Shown: positions 63,384 through 64,000 of the stretch, in pieces
Layout of the letters: every line of letters begins with the position of its first letter
Position numbering within the stretch: position 1 is the first letter of the stretch
Source of the DNA: Amoebophrya sp. A120
Taxonomy: Eukaryota; Protista; Dinoflagellata
Assembly (NCBI GenBank): GCA_905178155.1
Contig: CAJINV010000005.1
Coordinates: 1,452,438 to 1,516,437, forward strand
DNA length: 64,000 bases
Reading direction: 5' to 3'
Notes under the pieces: generated by a model
What the model saw: the letters and a program-made list of their open reading frames with translations, nothing else
Told to the model about the DNA's origin: nothing
Database searches by the model: none
Position numbers and translations under genes: made by a program

Positions 63384-63404
63384 CTCTCTCTCTCTCTCTC
63401 TCTC
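63384..63404. repeat. (CT)n microsatellite
   Basis: About 10 CT units. Confidence 0.9.
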
Positions 63405-63649
63405 GCAAAATCAGAGACACACTCACAAGTTCGCGTTCGCGACGCGTCTCTTTTCTCATCAAAATAGAAAGGCGGATCTGATCACTGACGCAGCTGCTCT
63501 TTCTCCTGATTAGTAGAAAGGTGGATCTGCGCGACTCTCATGCAGAGATCACAATCCAGAGGAACTTAATTCAATCGAAAGCATCATCTTTGTTTACTAG
63601 GAAGGAAGCACAACAGGCCTCAACATTTGGGTTTACTCTAGGACGAAGG

Positions 63650-64000
63650 ATTAGAAAACCAGACAGCAAACCCACATGGGCTCCGTTGTCATAGGTGCAA
63701 CCAGGAGCACCTCGTCGGCCGACGAAGTCTGAAAGCTGGCGGCGGCGGGAATGTGGCAGACTGCTGCCGCCATCACTAAACCCAGGCGCCACACACGCAG
63801 GGGCTCAACTGGCCATCGATACAAAACACAATCAGGCTCAGGGCCCCAAAATGTTCCTGCGCCCGCGCATACTGAGGAAGGCCTAGTTCTCCCAATGGTT
63901 GGCCCTGCCTCCTGTCTGAACCAACGAAGACGGCCAATAATGGCCCCCCCGGCCCCGTCTCTGCTGGGGGCTTGCCCTCCCTCGCGAAACAGGGCCGGCG
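63650..64000. other. Start of another GC-rich island, truncated by the window edge
   Basis: A/C-rich lead-in followed by G/C runs, as in the other islands. Confidence 0.35.

Noticed and set aside
70-63886. Numerous plus-strand ORFs, up to 387 aa
   Set aside because: They are antisense shadows of minus-strand genes or stop-poor frames in GC-rich islands, with no recognisable motifs.

Overview
Eukaryotic, intron-containing genomic DNA. The low-complexity S/T/A-padded proteins, one-strand gene block and TIR/direct-repeat non-canonical introns suggest a dinoflagellate-lineage alveolate such as the syndinian parasite Amoebophrya; this is an inference. All 13 reconstructable genes lie on the minus strand. 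They are a PI-PLC X-domain protein (partial), four RING-TRAF zinc finger-MATH E3-ligase paralogs, a J-less DNAJC21-like protein, a tail-anchored low-complexity protein, a class-A DnaJ, a SpoU methyltransferase-TrhO rhodanese fusion, two Cys-containing unknown proteins, a ~3900-aa EF-hand/LRR protein and an ABCC transporter. The main discovery is a set of five intron-forming TIR elements inside coding exons. All begin and end with TA and carry 5- or 8-bp (3n+2) target-site duplications, so splicing one base outside each end keeps the frame. One is a 3-kb element with a 129-bp palindrome of its own terminal motif at its midpoint. Four GC-drifted intergenic islands resemble the interior of that element. 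Exon boundaries were derived by hand from frame, motif continuity and splice dinucleotides and are not RNA-validated.
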